From Leucoraja erinacea (Eukaryota), in NCBI RefSeq assembly GCF_028641065.1, contig NC_073382.1, positions 23,560,001 to 23,624,000 of the forward strand: DNA of 64,000 nucleotides. The letters run 5' to 3'. Positions 37,796 through 51,062 of this stretch are shown here, in pieces. Made by a program: the position numbers and the translations under genes. Below the pieces are notes generated by a model that worked only from the letters and a program-made list of their open reading frames with translations, searched no databases and was not told where the DNA came from. Within the stretch, counting starts at the first letter, position 1, and every line of letters starts with the position of its first letter.

Positions 37796-38521
37796 TGAAG
37801 AAGAACCTTGACCCAAAATGCCACCCATTCCTTCTCTCCAGAGATGCTGCCTGTCCCGCTGAGTTACTCCAGCATTTTGTGTCTATCTTCATTTTATACC
37901 ACCAACTGCAGTTCCTTCTTACACATAATATGGTCAGTAGTGTCTGCTTTCAAGCAGGAGTATCTGGAGTCCGGGACCAGTCAGACAAATGGAAATCACC
38001 AAGGGCGGCCGAGAGGGAGGTCAGAACCTTGGTACGGTTTAAGTGGAGGGGGATGTGAGGATCCTGGAAAAGACCAGAAGGGGAAGCTAGAAATCCCAGG
38101 AGCAGGTTCAACAATCCAAATAACTGAGTATTTCACAATACTGCCTCTACCGCAGGGTTTTAGCGAGATGTTTATTGGTGGTAAGGGAGGCGGGAATGTG
38201 AGGATGCTGGTTTCAAAATAAAATGAAACTTTCTTCATCTTCTTAAACTGTGTGTAGTCCAACTGTGCATCTGAGTAACCTGGGAGTGATGCACACACGC
38301 AAACAATTGACAGGCAGAAAAACAATATAAATTAGTTGAAAGGATTTTGGACAAGGTGAAATACTATGCACGAATGTATGGTGAAGCAAAGATTTCATGT
38401 TCAAATACTGTCCACTGGAAGCTGGGCTGAAAACATAATTGCATTGGACTTTGCTAAAATTCCCCATTACATCAGTATTACATTGGTGCCCCCAACAAGT
38501 CCATTATTTCAACCCACTTAC

Positions 38522-39047
38522 CTTTCATTTGAGTCCGCCCATCCTCCAGCATTGGGAGTACGATGGTCGAATTCCTCTGCGACCTCATGGCTGTGTATAC
38601 CACAGGAACAGATTGTACAACCACTGGAATGCGGTGCAGTTTGTTGGACGGAAAATTCATTGCATTTGAAGGTGGCATCGGGTGGATTATGTGCAAGTAC
38701 TGTTGGCCCCCGACACCTGGCGAAGATGTCACAACGGAGCCCGGCGCTAATACTGTAGACATGCCTGTCGATGAAGTCACTGAGGTTATCACAGTTGGGG
38801 ATGAAGTCAATCGAGGAGCACAAGAGGATATTGGAGGGATTGAGGTTATTGCCACTGAGCTGGGAGAGGAACGTGACGATGATACAGATGTTGGTGATGT
38901 CCGGGCTTTGTTAATGGACAAGTCCACTGGCTCAGTTTGTGTTTGATATTGATCAGTGGATAGTAAGACCTCTGGAGGCCCAGCTTTCACATTGTTAAGC
39001 AAAATAGGTACAGCTTCCATATCTGAAAAGTTAGGGGCTTGCGGAGA
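38522..39047 (-). CDS. KLF12: Internal coding exon of a Kruppel-like factor 12 (KLF3/8/12 group) gene: N-terminal repression domain with PVDLS CtBP-binding motif
   Basis: Translation SPQAPNFSDMEAVPILLNNVK...QTQTEPVDLSINKARTSPT...GVGGQQYLHIIHP...HRIPVVVQSVPVVYTA...LEDGRTQMK matches vertebrate KLF12 as I recall it. Acceptor ttttaacag ends at 39048 (phase 0); donor G|gtaagt at 38522/38521 (phase 1); 526 bp. No other exons or zinc fingers recognised in the window. Confidence 0.9.
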
Positions 39048-39539
39048 CTGTTAAAATAAAACACAAATAAATATCACTGAGCATTTCATACTAAAACAAA
39101 TGCAGAAATAAAACTGTCGCAAAGCAATATATCTAAAAGATCACATACATTGGCTTGAATTTGATTGAAGCGGAAAAGATAAAAGTAATCTTTGCTATTC
39201 AGCTTAAGCCATTTTAATCAAGAACATAAAGCTAATAATTTCCAACATTCAACAGTTAGTCCAAAGTTCATAGATCTTTTAAAATGAATGGATAAATGAT
39301 TAAAATGAGTTAATTTAGTTTTAAAATCCATCCTGTTCTCACTTACAAAGTTTGGGCCAGGTTGTGATAGGAGTTATCTAATCCTCTGACTAATAAACTA
39401 AAGATAAATTGTGTCAAAAACTGCCTCTGCTTGTTGTGCTTTTACGGTTGAAGAACAATAATGCAACGGCCAGACTTTTGGTCAAAGAATACCTACCCTT
39501 TTGGGACATTCAAATTCCAAAACAAGAACAAAATATGGT

Positions 39540-39802
39540 TTGGTGCGGTGGCTCAGCGGTAGAGACACTGCCTTATAGCGCCAGAGACCCGGGTTCAACC
39601 CTGACTGTACAGAATTGTACATTCTCACTGGGACCTGCGTGGGTTTTCTCCGAGAACTGTGGTTACCTCGCACACTCCAAGCTAATTATTTGGTTAAATT
39701 ATAAATTGTCCATAGTGGGTGTAGGATAGTGTCAGTGTGCAGTGATTGCTGGTCCGAAGAGGCCTGGTGCTGCGCTATATCTCTAAAGTAAACTAAACTA
39801 AA
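39540..39802 (+). mobile_element. HE1-like SINE
   Basis: A box tggctcagcggt, B box ggttcaacc, ctaaa tail. Confidence 0.85.
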
Positions 39803-42799
39803 CATTGCTCATTGCTTACCTTCGATCTGGACCCATTTAATAAACTCATTAACAACAGGGTTTTCCACTGGATGATTAGGATTATCCATAGCTGAACACA
39901 TTTAATTAAATACTCCCATCACCAGGGGGTCCATTATCTAATCTGTACTAACAAAATGTATCAAGGGCGTTACTCATTTTAGTAACTGTTTGATAAGCTG
40001 GGGCAGTTGGTGGCATTTCACTATAGAATACCAAAACAAAAAACACACTTGTTCAAATGCAGATATGCACGCAAAGGCTTTTATGAGATTGTTTGCATGT
40101 ACTTTTGCTATTTAGTATGTTGGTTTCTGTTGTTAACTTAAAACAAACTTTTAAAACTATTCAGTGAGATGTATCCTAGCACATCCCTTGCCAGTTGGTG
40201 TGTTGTGGGTGAAAGCATTGTAAATTGAAACAGCAAGAAATTCCCGAGACCCCTTTTTACTTCTACATGTTATCATCTACCAAAGCTCCTGGCCACTCTT
40301 TAGCAATCTCTTCTTGGAAGTTGGCACCCTATCCAACCACACAATTCATCCTTGGTTACAAAAGGATACAAAGTTCTGGAGTAACTCGACCGGTCAGGCA
40401 GCATTAGTTTAATTATTGGGTGGTGTACGGTAAATACTTAAGTAAATGAAATTATAGCAAGTTTACGAACAGCGATATGCTATAGGTAATTTTAGAACGT
40501 GGATGTTTCTGACTTTGAGATTTCGGCTAACGAACAGTTGACTGGAGCAGGATCCTAGCATAACACAAGGACTGCCAACATCACAGAGACACCGCGAGTC
40601 ACAATAAATCAGTGAATGGAAAATCACAAGGATATTCTTAATTAGGGCAATCCACCCCAAAAAGCAAGATGACATGGGTGAATATTTTGGAGGGATTATA
40701 TTTGTTGAGCCTATAACCAAGGACATGAATGAAAGTGGGGGGGGGGGGGGGGGAACCCTGCAGGGTTTAAAGGGGAAGAATAGGTATGAAAATTTCAGGG
40801 CAGTGGCGACACAGAAAAATAATATTCAAGAGAGAATCAAAAGTGCTGAACTGACATCAACAATTTAGCAAGATTCTTGGATGTAGAACATCCTGAGAAA
40901 ATGGCAGCTTTATGTTAATCACATTATAATGGTCATAATGCCAGATGATCTCAGTGATAGCACTCTTATCTCCAATATAGAAGAAGGTGGGTTAAAGTCT
41001 CATTTCAGACTCTAGTAAACCAAAAATGAAGTTGATTTCCGGCACAGCATTGCACTATGAGAGGTGCAAGAGTAGGCCATTCGGCTCATCGAGCCTGCAC
41101 TGCCATTCAATATGCTCATGGCTGATCATCTAAAACCTGTACACCATTCCTGCTTTCCCCCCATATCCCTCGATTCCTTTAGCCCCAAGAGCTAAATCTG
41201 ACTCTCTCTTGAAGGTGAGAAATTAAAGTGTAGCCTCCAATGGCCTATAAATGCATGTCACTCTTGCGAAATGTGTGCTACGTGATACTACGTCAATGGA
41301 TATCAGGACAAAGAAGGTTACTGCTAATTTTCATGTAACTGTGTGGTTTTGCCGTTTCTCTCATTTCGCTCATTTTAACAGACACTATATTTTGAATATA
41401 CTTAAATTGTTAGAAATCAATTTCAACGTCCCAAGATTGCAAATGTACTACACTAATGCTGTACTTACATTTTAGGAAGTTAGTTTTGCTGCTAACAACA
41501 ATATCCACGTGACTTCAGATGGCAAGAGTGAAATCAGCCACAGTTCGACCTCTTATCAGGAATGGCAGAAATAGTAAAACCAAACATGAAAATCAGCAGT
41601 AATCTATTTATCAGGTCAGTGCTAACACTGTTTGGAAAGAAAAGCTTGAAAAACTATGAGAGTTTGGTATTAATCTCAGGCACATAATAACAGGTATATT
41701 ATGTTTTGAGATTTGCACAATGTATCTTATGGATATATATACACAATGCTCTGCTTTAAAAGCCTTAAATGGCAATGTGATATCCATATAAACATACACA
41801 GACATATAAAGATGTGTCCATCTATCTAAACATATATAAAACTATTAAGAGCCTGTAAAGTGTCAGCTATTCTCTTACATGGATGAAGTAATACTGGTGG
41901 CTTACAGCTGAACCCAAGATCCACACTCAGTCATTTACTAATCATCCTTACCTCCAACAACAGTATTGATCTGCCTATTAATTTTAATAAAGCAAAGCAA
42001 CAAGGTATTTCATTAAAGGCGTAATTAAAAAAATGGCAACAGAGGGAAGGACATACAGGGGGGAAACTAAAAGTCCAGTTTCATGTAGCATTTTAAAGGA
42101 AGAAAGAGGCTGACGGCTTGGAGAAGAATTACCAAAGCCTAGTAGCTTGGCAGTCAATAGCACTGTCCCAGTGGTGGAGTGATTACATTATGGGGGATGA
42201 TTATGAGGTCTGAATTTGAATTGCACCGATACATTAGTGCTGTGGAGTTGCTGGAGAACGGGATAGGCAAGATTAACAATGGATCTGAGAATAAAGGGGA
42301 TCCAATACTTGAACCATTTACCATCACAAACCTCATACTCAAGAAGATTTTTTTTTTACCTGACGTAGTGAATCTTTTAGCCTCTCTAATTAGGTGCGAT
42401 GTCAATTATATTGAAGTTTGAGAAGGATACAGGAGGAAAATTAGTAATAAAACTGCAGCCATATTGGTGTTAGCTGACAAATGTACAGGATAAATGCACT
42501 GAAAAGGTTGATTAAAACTTCATAAAGATCTAGTACTTACATAAAAATAGACACCGGAATAACCGCAATCTACTTTTGTTATATAAATGCTATTAAGGAA
42601 TAATTTGCCATTCCTAAAATTGTACTGATTTCCTTAGGCTGATGTTAATACAATATTGAACGATATGAAGGAGGATCCTGACCCGAAACGACACCTATTC
42701 ATGTTCTCCTGGGATGCTGCCTGACCTGCTGAGTTACTCCAGTGCTGTGTGTCTTATTTTGTAAACCAGCATCTGTAGTTCCTTGTTGCTACATTGAAC

Positions 42800-43355
42800 A
42801 GGACCTTTGACCCATGACATCTGTGCCAATAATGATTCCTACTTAAACTAAACCCTTCTATGAGCACATGGTCCATATCCCTCTATTCACTATACATTCA
42901 TGTGCCTAATTAAAAATTAAATGCCACTATTTTATCTGGTTCTGCCACCATCCCTAGCTGTGCACTCTATAGTTTGATTTTTCCACCTTGGGAAAAAGGT
43001 TCTGACCTACCCTATCTGTGCCTCTAATAATTTCATACATTTCTATCATGTTCCATCTCAGCCTCTGGCACTCCACATTTGCTCAACCTCTCCTTCTAGC
43101 TAACACCCGCTAATCCAAGCAGGTGTCAGGGCACACCTTTTTAGCACTCTCCCCAAAGCTTACATAACCTTCCTATACTGGGGCAACCAGACTGCACACA
43201 TATTCTAAAAGCAACCTAACCAAAGTTTTATAAAGCTGTAACATGACTTCCTGACACATCGTACTCAATACCCCAACTGAAGAAGGCAAGCATACCATAC
43301 ACCTTCTTTACAATTTCATCTACCTGTATTGTTACTCTCAGGAAGCCAAGGACTT
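42800..43355 (-). mobile_element. Old CR1 fragment, preceded by a PLE terminal repeat (~42665-42795, +)
   Basis: Reverse complement of the CR1 ORF2 3' region (ggggtattgagtac...ctttataaaactttggttagg). Confidence 0.7.
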
Positions 43356-43366
43356 AAGACTTTAAT

Positions 43367-45336
43367 AGGCCTTTCTCACGGGGCGACTTGACGCAAGATG
43401 TAACCAGAGTGAAGTGGTCGTGGTCTAGCACGATATCACACGATATAACGGGGGGTAGACAAAGAGTTCCCATGGTACTCGGCATTTCTGTTATTTGTGC
43501 GAGTGACTTGTCCATCTCCCGAGCTTTCCCGTTAAATCTTGAATGAACATTGTGGACTGTCAAGTGTAATTAAATCATCACATGGCACAAATGATGTCAC
43601 TTTTTTTTTCACACACTATAAATATCCTCCCTTGGTTGAATTGGCTCATTTGGCCTGTACTAATGCAGTGACTTTACTGCAGGAAGATGCCACATTACTT
43701 AGGAGAGAGGGGGAGAGAGACAGAGAGAGAGGCACAGAGGCAGTGTGATGTACTTCGGGGTGACTGGCGGAAGAGAAAGAGCGCACATGACCTTGGTCTA
43801 TCTGTGTGTGTGGGAGCGAAGAGAGACTAAGCAGAATACATCAGTCTTATTGTGTGTGTGGGGGAGAAAGAGAGAGGTGGGGGAGGGGAGAAAGAGAGAG
43901 GTGGGGGAGGGGGAGAAAGAGAGAGGGTGGGGAGGGGGAGAAAGAGGGGGTGGGGGAGGGGAGAAAGAGAGGGGTGGGGGGAGGGGGGAGGAAGAGAGGG
44001 GTGGGGGGGAGATAGAGAGAAATGAGGGGAGATGTATATACACACACAAAGCAGAGTTTTACTGTGTATGTGGGAGACACAGATGGACTGAGCACAGTAC
44101 CTCGGTCTTACTGTGTGGGAGAGGGGGAGAAAGAGACGTACACTCACAGAGGCAGAGTCTCTCAGCCTGTGTGAGAGGGAGGGAGGGAGAGAGAGAGGCA
44201 CACACAAGGTGGATGTGAAATCTAACCAGCCTGTTTCAGTGACAGACACCCGCCGCCAGTAAATGAAGACACCCCCATCTGTCTCCCCCTCCTCTCCCTT
44301 GACTCCCCCACCTTTCCCTCCCAACTCCAGTCCCGTCCCGACCCCCTGGGAAGCTGAAGGGAGCAACAATTAACTGCTGCCTGCCCGCTGAGTTAAAGAG
44401 TTCCCACGGTAGTAAGACGATGTTAGTTGTAAATTGTAAATTGTAAATTGTAAATCTTTATTGTCATTTCCTGAGTATTCGCATACTCAGAGGAAACAAA
44501 AAAAACGTTTCTCGACCAGTGTCCATTCAGTTTTCGTTACAAAATAAATAGCAATTAAAGTTAAAATACATGTCATGAACAATTTAACCCTCTAATAACA
44601 TTCAATAACATTCAACAGCCGTTCCGACTGGCAGCGGGGTGTTTGTGCGCGATACTTGGCAGGGGGGAAAGTTCATCTGCGCCCAAGTTTAAGCTGTGGA
44701 GTTCAGTTGCATCCAAGTTTAAATTTCCAACGTGTGTTTCAGAGTAAAGAGTCAGCGCAGAATCCTTGATAATCAAAAACTGTCTGAATCAGCAAGTTAG
44801 ACACAAAATGCTGGAGTAACTCAGCGGGCCAAGCAGCACATATCTCTCAAAGAAGTACATGTGAAAAATTTCTCACGGACCATAAAAATGCGGGACCTTT
44901 CAGTAAAGTCCCTTTTAAAGATTATAGTTATTTTCTTGAATCTCATTAACATAACTCATGAATAAGTTGATGTCCATATGCGGATGCAAATCTTTATTTT
45001 TTAAATTCAATCCCACAGAAGACAATTTGTACTCACCTTCTGTCCCCTCTGTCCAGCTTCCGGGTTCACCGTTCGCAGGAGTTCCCACTGTACACGCAAG
45101 AGTCAGTACGGATATCGCACTGGCCACTACGTGCATATAATGTTGCAATGTTCAACCACAAGTCACTCTTGGAGAAATTCAAGCTTGTTTGAATTTTCTC
45201 CCGAGGCACCAAGTTACACGAGTACCTGCCGTTAGCGCCACGGTGGTCCACGAATGCCGTACGGTTATCGCAAGAGGTTCCCACGATGTTCAACTCTGGT
45301 TAACTCTTGCGTCAAGTCGCCCCGTGAGAAAGGGGT
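43367..45336. mobile_element. Large (~2 kb) non-autonomous Harbinger-type element with internal purine-rich repeats and nested LINE/PLE pieces
   Basis: ~40-bp TIR cctttctcacggggcgacttgacgcaag / cttgcgtcaagtcgccccgtgagaaagg; shares gagtacctgccgttagcg with 18533-18816; no transposase ORF. Confidence 0.8.
43860..44035 (+). repeat. G/A-rich low-complexity tandem repeat (ggggagaaagagagaggtgggggag)n
   Basis: Directly visible; many G-tracts. Confidence 0.9.
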
Positions 45337-45829
45337 TTAACTTAGTCTGAAGAAAGGTCTCGACCCAAAACATTACCCATTCTTTCTATCCAAAGATGCT
45401 GCCTCATTTTGTGTCTATCTTCGGTGTACACCAGCATCTGCAGTTCCTTACTACACATTTAGATCCTAAGATCACCTAAATTCACACCAGAATTATAAAC
45501 CCTGGTCTCAGCACAGCAATAAGATCTCTTTCACGATCGAAGATAATGAGATACACACACTTTGCAAAAAAAAAAGTTTTGTAATTTCAATGTGAAAAAT
45601 TGATCGAGTTGTTCACTAATACCATATCAAGCCACTAACTCAGGTTGCCAAGTCAATTGCAGCAAGGTAATAGTAAGCGGAGCCGTGTACGACTCATTGT
45701 ATTTCATTCACTAAAAGTGGCCCTTGAGCAATGCTAATAAAATGTCCTATTGAACAGAATTAAAACCACAAACGAGTCACAACATTTTCACACTTACAAG
45801 ATAATTAACAGTGATGTATGACATTAAAT

Positions 45830-46185
45830 TCATTAGTTCTAGGAGTAGAATCAGGCCATTAAGCCCGTCAAGTCTACTCCACCATTCAATCATGGCTAAT
45901 CTGTTTTACCCTCTCAACCCCATTCTCCTGCCTTATCCCCATAACCCCTGCCACAAGAATCTGTCAATCTCCACCGTAAAATTACCCATTGACTTGGTCT
46001 CCACAGCTTTCTGTGGCAATTAATGCCACAGATTCACCACCCTGACTTAAGAAATTCCTCCTCATCTCCTTCTAAAGATACGTCCTTTTATTCTGAGGCT
46101 ATGACCTCTGGTCCCAGACTCTCCCACGAATGGAACCATTCTGTCCACATTCACTCTAATGCAGACCTTTCACTATTCTTTAAGT
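45830..46185 (-). mobile_element. CR1 3' fragment
   Basis: ccattcaatcatggct...cagattcaccaccct...cttttattctgaggct. Confidence 0.8.
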
Positions 46186-46424
46186 GACTTTATGTGAGAA
46201 AGAACTTCACACTTTTATTACAGAAGACAGGTGTGGAAGGTTTGTCTTCACATTATATTCAACTAGATTTTCTTCCTGCTTCAACTCGATTTTCTTCTTA
46301 TTTCTGCCTGGAGCTGTAACATCAACCACAATGATGTGCGTTGACAGATCAGTAATGGCTCACATCTGTGGCTGTCTTCTGGATAATATAGGCTCTTTAC
46401 ATTTGGAGATATGAAAATGAGGTC

Positions 46425-46799
46425 AACAGAGGATGCCATCTCCCTTGCAGTATGTTCAGCTTTGACAATAAGAACCTCCGGCAGACGTTACAAGGCCTTC
46501 TACACCCGCACCTCCAGACTCAGGAACAGCTTAATTCCCAGAGGTATAGCGGCTCTGAACCGGCCCTGCTGAGTGCCCCCCACCCCCCCTGGACTGTCTC
46601 CCTCGGATAGTCACGTCACACAGACACATCTGCACTTTAGTCTGTTTTGACTGGTTTACTGTTTTACTGTTTTAATGTTCTTTTGACAAACCATGTTCTC
46701 GGGGTATCTAAATCTAAATGTTATTAGTTATTTAAGTTATGACATCGGATGGAAGCTGCATACCAAATCTCGTTGAACTTATGTGCAATGACAATAAGA

Positions 46800-46833
<34 letters not shown>

Positions 46834-47920
46834 AAACACAGAACAGTACAGCACACTAACAGTTCTCACTGTCTACCCTATCTATACCTCCAATAAGTTT
46901 ACATACCTCTATCAAATCTTACCCTTAACCTCTGACATTCTTACGACAAAGTGGGGAGGGTGAGGGGGAGGAGAGGGGGGCGGATGGGTAAATACAATCC
47001 TCTTCAATGGTGTTGCTGTAGAGATGGTCAACAGCTTCAAGTTTTTTTTGACATTCACATCACCAGCTATCTTCACACTGATGCCGTGATCAACAAAGCA
47101 CACCCGCATATTTACTTTCTTAGGTATGTTCGCGAGGATCCTGTTGGACTTCTACAGATGTACTGTTTGGATGGGATGCACCTGTCTGGTGTAGAAACCG
47201 CTCTATTCTTGACCGCCTGAACCTGAAAAGAGTATTGAATGTTGCCCAGCCCATCACAGACTCATCAGTTCCTTTCATCCAGTTCATCCTCACGTTGCAT
47301 CAGGAAGGCTGGAAGTATCATCAAGCATGCCTGCCACCCTGGCCATTCCCTTTTCTCTCTTCTACCATTTGGGAGAAGATACAGGAGCTTGAAAGTCCAG
47401 ATGCCCAGAATTAAGAACAGCTTCTTCCCCATTGCCATGAAACTCCTGAATCAATCAACTCTTTCACACTCCCTTTCTAGAGGTGCTGACACATATTCTT
47501 ACTCTTTACTCCACTTCACTCTGGAACTCTCTGCCACAGAGGGTAGTTGAGGCCAGTTCATTGGCTATATTTAAGAGGGAGTTAGATGTGGCCCTTGTGG
47601 CTAAGGGGATCAGAGGGTATGGAGAGAAGGCAGGTACGGGATACTGAGTTGGATGATCAGCCATGATCATATTGAATGGCGGTGCAGGCTCGAAGGGCCG
47701 AATGGCCTACTACTGCACCTAATTTCTATGTTTCTATGTTTCTATGTTCATTTTGTTATTCTGTTATTGCACTACTTCAGTATGCACTACAGTCATTGAC
47801 CCATTCTGTTGTCTTGCACTCATTGTGTTTATTGCATACTCATTGTATTTATTGTGTACTCTATGAGCTTCATGAGAACTAGAACTATCATTGCGCCCTG
47901 GTGTATATGACAATAAACTA
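46425..47920 (+). mobile_element. Cluster of Rex1/Babar-like LINE fragments with a nested young CR1 tail (~47515-47745)
   Basis: RCIRKAGSIIKHACHPGHSLFSLLPFGRRYRSL; atgacaataa ends near 46795 (with (tta)n) and 47915; CR1 (tttctatg)n tail. Confidence 0.75.
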
Positions 47921-47922
47921 GA

Positions 47923-48275
47923 GACACAAGGAACTGTAGATGCTGGTTTACAAACAAAGCCACAAGATTCTGGAATAACTCAGCATGTCAGACGTCATCT
48001 CTGGAAAACTTTTGATATGTGACGTTTCAGGCGGTGAATCTTCAGACTGATTATGGTGGGAGGCGGAAGAAACCTGGAAGAGAGATGGGGTAGGACATAG
48101 TCTGGCGAATGACAGGTGAATACAGGTGAGGGAATTTCTTGACAGTTGGACAAAGGCCAGATATGAAAAGAGAAAAGGTGTGAAATAATGATTGAAGAAC
48201 AAATTGTGAAGCCAGAGGAAGGAATATAGGTGGAAATGGAGGGGTAAGGGAAGAAATTAGTGCATGTCCAGGTGG
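47923..48275 (-). mobile_element. Older PLE 3' end
   Basis: aaggaactgtagatgctgg...gacgtttc...tcttcagact followed by purine-rich PLE 3' region. Confidence 0.7.
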
Positions 48276-48363
48276 GAGACAGGGAAGATGGGAAAAAAAG
48301 TCTAATAAACCAATTTGAATCTGAACGAAATGAGACCACTGCACCTGTCAATATTAGAAGGAA

Positions 48364-48652
48364 GATAGGCACAAAAAGCTGGAGTTACACAACGGGACAG
48401 GCAGCATCTCTGGAGAGAAGGAATGGGTGATGTTTCAGGTCAAGACCATTCTTCAGTCTGATGTTACTAACCGGGACAGGCAGCATCTCTGGAGAGAAGG
48501 AATGGGTGGTGTTTCTTCAGTCTGAAGAAAGGTCTTGACCCGAAATGTCACCCATTCCTTCTCTCCAGAGATGCTGCTTGTCCCGCTGAGTTACTCCAGC
48601 TTCTTGTGTCTATCTTCGGTTTAACACCAGCATCTGCAGTTCATTCCTAGAG
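48364..48652. mobile_element. PLE fold-back unit with internal partial duplication
   Basis: Two antisense arms then a full sense arm; 12-bp TSD tattagaaggaa (48352-48363, 48653-48664). Confidence 0.85.
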
Positions 48653-49299
48653 TATTAGAAGGAATTTGGCAGGCTGTAAATAGTAAAGAATGCCCAGAAC
48701 TTCCTACTTAGCTTTAATTAATGTGCCACACTATTCAAAATAATGTTTTACACGAATGTCTGGCGGGGGTAACATTTAAGATTCTTGCACCAACTAAGGA
48801 TGATGCCACTTTAAGACTGCTGCAGCAACATCCCCTGGTTTAAGAGATTACAAATGATTATTCTCTATCAGATTATTCTCTATCACAAGTAAAATTAGTT
48901 TCTTATCAGAGATGCAATATTGATGAGCCCAGTGACATTCTAAACTGAGGCGCTATATCTCATTCTCAGAAAGCAATCAGGATTATACATTCCCATTTTC
49001 AAGCAGAGGCTTACACGTTTTTGTTCAGCCATTCCAATTAGCCTGCAGCAGCCAGCAAAGTCATTCAGTGCAAGGAATGAGACTACTAATGAGCTGGTGT
49101 GGTACGACAAAGCAAATAATATAATGAAGTAGAAATTTATCCTTCAGTTGTCTGTACTAAATGTGCAACATAACTGCAATTGTGAACAATGCTCTGATTC
49201 CATTGGAGTGAATAGATCCTGAAGTTTGGAAAGAGTATAAATTGCGCATGCTTCCTTATCCTAAAAAAAGCACACAGTGCAGGAGTGACTCAGCAAGTC

Positions 49300-49985
49300 A
49301 CATGAAAGTAGGCGTGCATCATGAAGAAAGCAAATGACATGTTGGCCTTCATAGAGAGAGGATTTGAGTATAGGAGCAAGGAGGTCCTACTGCAGTTGTA
49401 CAGGGTCCTGGTGAGACCACACATGGAGTACTATGTGCAGTTTTGGTCTCCTAATTTGAGGAAGGACATTCTTGCTATTGAGGGAGTGCAGCATAGGTTC
49501 ACCAGGTTAATTCCCGGGATGGCGGGTTTGACATAGGATGAAAGAATAGATCGACAGGGCTTATATTCAGTGGAATTTAGAAGGATGATAGGGAATCTTA
49601 TAGAAAAATATAAAATTCTGAAGGGATTGCCAAGCAAGATGCAGGGAAAATGTTCCCGATGTTAGTGGAGTCCTGAACCAGGAGTCACAGTTTAAGAATA
49701 AGGGGTAGGCCAAGTAGGATTGAGATGAGGAAAAACTTTTTCACCCAGAGAGTTGTGAATCTGTGGAATTGTCTGTCACAGAAGGCAGTGGAGGATGATT
49801 CGCTGGATGTTTTCAAGAGAGTTAGATATAGCTCTTAGGGCTAACGGAATCAAGAGATACGGGGAGAAGGCAGGAATGTGTACTGATTTTGGATGATCAT
49901 ATTCAAAATGATCATATGATCGTATTCAATATTGAATGGCTCGCAGGGCAGAATAGCCTACTCCTACTCCTGCACCTATTTTCTA
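49300..49985 (+). mobile_element. CR1 3' fragment
   Basis: ORF 49321-49536 KKANDMLAFI...RPHMEYYVQFWSP. Confidence 0.9.
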
Positions 49986-50219
49986 TCATTCTATTATCAG
50001 GCAGAATGTGTGCGAAAATAAATAGAATCACTGTTTCAGGTTGGAGGCCATTCGGCAGAACGATAAAGTAGATCAAAGATGCTTGTAAAGCAGTAGGGAG
50101 AGGAGTTAATGTCACACATGCACGATTCAGCCAGACCAAAAAATCAAATGAGAGTGGTAGAATTTACTGGACTCCAAAGGGCTGCAACATGCCCAGATAG
50201 AGGATGAGGTGATGATAAA

Positions 50220-50556
50220 GGTTCCCGATGTTGGGGAAGTCCAGAACAAGGGGTCACAGTTTAACCAAAAGGGGAAATCTTTTAGGACCGAGATGAGAAA
50301 AACATTTTTTACACAGAGAGTGGTGAATCTCTGGAATTCTCTGCCACAGAATGTAGTTGAGGCCAGTTCATTGGCAATATTTAAGAGTGAGTTTGATGTG
50401 GTCCTTGTGGCTAAAGGGATCAGGGGGTATGGAGAGAAAGCAGGTACAGGATACTGAGTTGGGTGATCAGCCATGATCATATTGAATGGCGGTGCAGGCT
50501 CGAAGGGCCGAATGGCCTACTCCTGCACCTATTTTCTATGTTTCTATGTTTCTATG
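50220..50556 (+). mobile_element. Young CR1 3' fragment
   Basis: Near-identical to 4835-5169; (tttctatg)n tail. Confidence 0.9.
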
Positions 50557-50671
50557 ATCCTTAATCTTATGTTGCAGCTAGTTGCAAAAGTGCAGGGGAG
50601 CACAGACTGATAGATCAGAGTGGGAGTGGGATGGGGAATGAAAAATACAGGCAACAGAAAGCAGAGAATCA

Positions 50672-51062
50672 CCCCAAAACGTCACCCATTCTTTCTATCC
50701 AGAGATGCTGCCTGTGCCGCTGAGGTACTCCAGCATTTTGTGTCTACCTTTGGTGAAAAGCATCTGCAGTTCCTCCTTACACATTTAATCTATACTGTTT
50801 TTGGTTTCTCCAATGTAGAGGAGACCCGTGCAGAACTCGTTTATTTAATTGACTTCACCACTAACTTCCACCCTGCATTCAAATTCACCTGGACTATCTC
50901 CGACACCTCTCTCCTCTTCATTGACCCGTCTCCATCACAGGGGACAGACTATCAACTGGCGCCTACTACAAATCTAGAGACTCCCACAATTATCTGGACT
51001 ACATTCCTAATATATGTCTATCTTTGATGTGAACCAGCATCTGCAGTTCCTCGTTTCCTACA
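50672..51062 (+). mobile_element. PLE remnant: terminal repeat, RT C-terminal fragment (~50826-51005), terminal tail
   Basis: ELVYLIDFTTNFHPAFKFTWTISDTSLLFID resembles the PLE RT motif (FHPxLKFT...FLD), flanked by pLTR pieces. Confidence 0.75.

Noticed and set aside
38478-38521. C-terminal extension GKWVEIMDLLGAPM of the KLF ORF
   Set aside because: Read-through past a consensus GTAAGT donor; similarity to KLF12 ends at the donor
43745-44369. Gly/Glu/Arg-rich and Pro/Ser-rich ORFs
   Set aside because: Translations of low-complexity G/A repeats
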